Shown here: piece by piece, positions 62,128 to 64,000 of the stretch
Layout of the letters: every line of letters starts with the position of its first letter
How positions within the stretch are numbered: position 1 is the stretch's first letter
NCBI GenBank assembly: GCA_029260075.1
Contig: JAJDDY010000010.1
Coordinates: forward strand, 22,968 to 86,967
Direction: 5' to 3'
From: Phycisphaerae bacterium
Lineage (GTDB): Bacteria; Planctomycetota; Phycisphaerae; UBA1845
Length of the DNA stretch: 64,000 bases
Program-made: the position numbers and the translations under genes
Notes under the pieces: model-generated
What the model saw: only the letters and a program-made list of their open reading frames with translations
The model's database searches: none
What the model was told of the DNA's origin: nothing

Positions 62128-63972
62128 TTAGTCTGTGTCGAGCGGCGGCGGCGCGCCGGGTCGGCGCTCGAAGACTATGATACTCCCATACTCTCCGTAT
62201 CGTCGATAATGCTCATCGCGTTCAAACCGCGTCGCCTCTTGCGGCAGACCCGACGTGTCCCAACGGTCGGATCGATCGATGATGACGAAATGGGCCAATC
62301 GCTCCGCCCGGCCAGTGTAGAGTCTGTGATAGTCCGTGAAGTGGGCAGCCATTCGCTCTGTGGCCAGAATCGTTCGACCCTTTGGAACATCGTCCCGAAG
62401 TTGACGTACTACATCCATGCGCGGATCGGGCGTCGCAAGAAAAGCACTTGCGTGATAGGCTTCGTAGGACTTGGCCAGCGGACTGTATCCGTAAAGGTAG
62501 TGTCCCATCGTAGCACAGATGAGTACGGAAAACGCCATGCCCCGATTGGTCGCGTCAGGGTGGACGCCGCGACTTCCAATGATCCAAGCGGCAACGCAAG
62601 AGAGTCGATCTTTACGCGCGTCCCCGGAACGCATGGCCGTCATCGCGCCGACAAAGAAAATCGTCAGCACGGACGCATGGTGCCAAAACTTGATACTCAG
62701 GTAATCGGCGTTGGCCATGAGCAGCACGAGCGCGAGCGTGGGAAACGCCGCGAGCGTCAATCGCCATCCAACCAGAGGTAACAAGCCCATCGGCGTGATG
62801 AGCATGAGGAGCAAGTAGAACACTTCCGGGCGCGCGAGGCGACCGAAGAACAATCCGGGCGACGAGAACATCGACGCAATCAGTGCCACCAACGAGTCAC
62901 CCAACTCGCCGAAGAGGTCGAATCGCTCGTATCGATGACTGGCTGCGAAGTACGGTATGAACGAGTGTACACAGAGCAAGTAGTACGCCACCGCCACGAC
63001 GGCCATGGCGATCCCAAGCTTTCTCCGCGGCGTCGCCATCGCGACGTACAGACCCCAGCCCACAACCGCCGCCGCAGCCGTCTCTCGACAGAGCAGGAGT
63101 ATGCCAACCATGACGACGCAGGTGCGCCAACGCCCCATCAAACCGGCGACCATCACAAGCGCCAGAACGATCATCGTTACGTTGTTCCATTGGAATCCGT
63201 ATGTATTGCCATAGATCATCCGACTCACTTGCGGAAGCATCAACCACGCGATCGCCCACATCCACGCCACGCCGACCGAACGACTGCGGTGTCGCGCGAA
63301 AAAATAGACCGGCAATGCGACGAAGTGAACCGCGAGCGCTCCACAAACCATTAGATAAACCGGCGTGGGCCATAGGGCGTATCCGGGAACGAGCAAGTAC
63401 ATCAGCGGAACGAAGTGCCAACCCAAACGCGTGTTGTCGAAGCTATCGCAGCGCAGCCCGCGACCGACCAGCGCGTTCTTGAGTTCCTCCGTGTAGTGTC
63501 CGATGTCGGCGTGGCCGAGCATGAAATGTTCAAACAGATTGTTTTGTATCTGCGTGTGTACCGAAACGAGCACCGCAATCAGTGCAAAGATCGACCCGAG
63601 GGCGAAATAGTGAGATCCGCGTGAGGGCAACGGCGGCGACGTGGAGAGCGTGACGCTGGCGGCTAGCGTTTCGTCACACGACGTATGGCCCGAGCAACAC
63701 CGCGCAGCCGCTCGGAGCGCCGCCCAGCCCACACCCACAATGAGCAGGAATGTTAGCGCAAACGGTGGCGTTTCTCCGAAACGCGCCGCAAAAAACGGTA
63801 CCCGCCCCAACACGGAATAGCCGGCCAGCGGCGCCGCGAGCCAAAGCGGCCAGTACGTCCTCGCGATCAACGTCCACCGGGCCGAGGGATTCGTCGCATC
63901 GCGCCAAACTCCGGGCGCGAGAAGCGACAGAAATATGACGCCCGCAAACGCGCGGGAGAACCACCATGCCAC
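62128..63972 (-). CDS. Large polytopic membrane protein (614 aa), possibly DUF2079/GT-C-like
   Basis: More than 10 hydrophobic segments over the first ~450 aa, then a soluble C-terminal domain. Contains FMLGHADIGHYTEELKNALVGRG...WHFVPLMYLLVPGYALWP. The family assignment comes from memory of the layout only. Confidence 0.7.
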   Translation of the reverse strand: MAWWFSRAFAGVIFLSLLAPGVWRDATNPSARWTLIARTYWPLWLAAPLAGYSVLGRVPFFAARFGETPPFALTFLLIVGVGWAALRAAARCCSGHTSCDETLAASVTLSTSPPLPSRGSHYFALGSIFALIAVLVSVHTQIQNNLFEHFMLGHADIGHYTEELKNALVGRGLRCDSFDNTRLGWHFVPLMYLLVPGYALWPTPVYLMVCGALAVHFVALPVYFFARHRSRSVGVAWMWAIAWLMLPQVSRMIYGNTYGFQWNNVTMIVLALVMVAGLMGRWRTCVVMVGILLLCRETAAAAVVGWGLYVAMATPRRKLGIAMAVVAVAYYLLCVHSFIPYFAASHRYERFDLFGELGDSLVALIASMFSSPGLFFGRLARPEVFYLLLMLITPMGLLPLVGWRLTLAAFPTLALVLLMANADYLSIKFWHHASVLTIFFVGAMTAMRSGDARKDRLSCVAAWIIGSRGVHPDATNRGMAFSVLICATMGHYLYGYSPLAKSYEAYHASAFLATPDPRMDVVRQLRDDVPKGRTILATERMAAHFTDYHRLYTGRAERLAHFVIIDRSDRWDTSGLPQEATRFERDEHYRRYGEYGSIIVFERRPGAPPPLDTD

Positions 63973-64000
63973 CGACTCGGCACCGCGAATAACCTGATAG

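Overview
A GC-rich bacterial chromosomal segment, judged by eye since nothing could be computed or searched. I call about 38 protein-coding genes and one tRNA-Ala. The intergenic DNA is unusually dense with repeats. The gene content suggests a Planctomycetota-like organism, though this is inference only: a giant RTX/TSP3/Cys-rich exoprotein, PEP-CTERM and IPTL-CTERM-like anchors, GroEL with a GGM tail, prkA-yeaH-spoVR, and a squalene-hopene-cyclase-like gene. Gene order from left to right is as follows. (1) nt 10-10947: a translationally coupled three-gene locus around a 2952-aa secreted protein. (2) A PEP-CTERM protein and a Kelch/Asp-box propeller protein, separated by 1 kb of ORF-free DNA. 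(3) A REP-associated tyrosine transposase (RayT) tightly bracketed by inverted GTAG-hairpin REPs. (4) groES-groEL. (5) A small Cys-rich secreted peptide followed by a thioredoxin-fold protein that lacks CXXC. (6) Housekeeping and catabolic genes: CPA2 antiporter, GT9 heptosyltransferase, Rieske oxygenase, MacB-type ABC pair, fumarylacetoacetase, HDOD protein, M14 peptidase, EamA transporter and a GcvT-like protein. (7) prkA-yeaH-spoVR followed by a zf-HC2/Ser-Thr kinase/CHASE2 sensor. (8) nt 51.1-61.5 kb, the most interesting part: a same-strand block in two sections. The first is an ATGA-coupled module of GcvH-like protein, G3E GTPase, small Cys protein and 4Fe-4S protein. The second comprises a radical SAM enzyme, a DUF116::polyprenyl-synthase fusion, a half-size prenyltransferase-type toroid protein, a DxDD class II terpene cyclase (SHC-like) and a cysteine desulfurase. 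I read this as a candidate non-canonical isoprenoid/polycyclic-terpenoid pathway. At least four dispersed repeat families occupy most of the larger intergenic regions. Family A is a 35-nt hairpin element. Family B is a roughly 70-90-nt palindromic element. Family C is a GGGATTCACG-core element that includes a 5 x 17-bp tandem array. The fourth family is the RayT REPs. All functional calls rest on motifs recognised by eye in the translated ORFs. No homology search, HMM scan, RNA folding or GC calculation was run.
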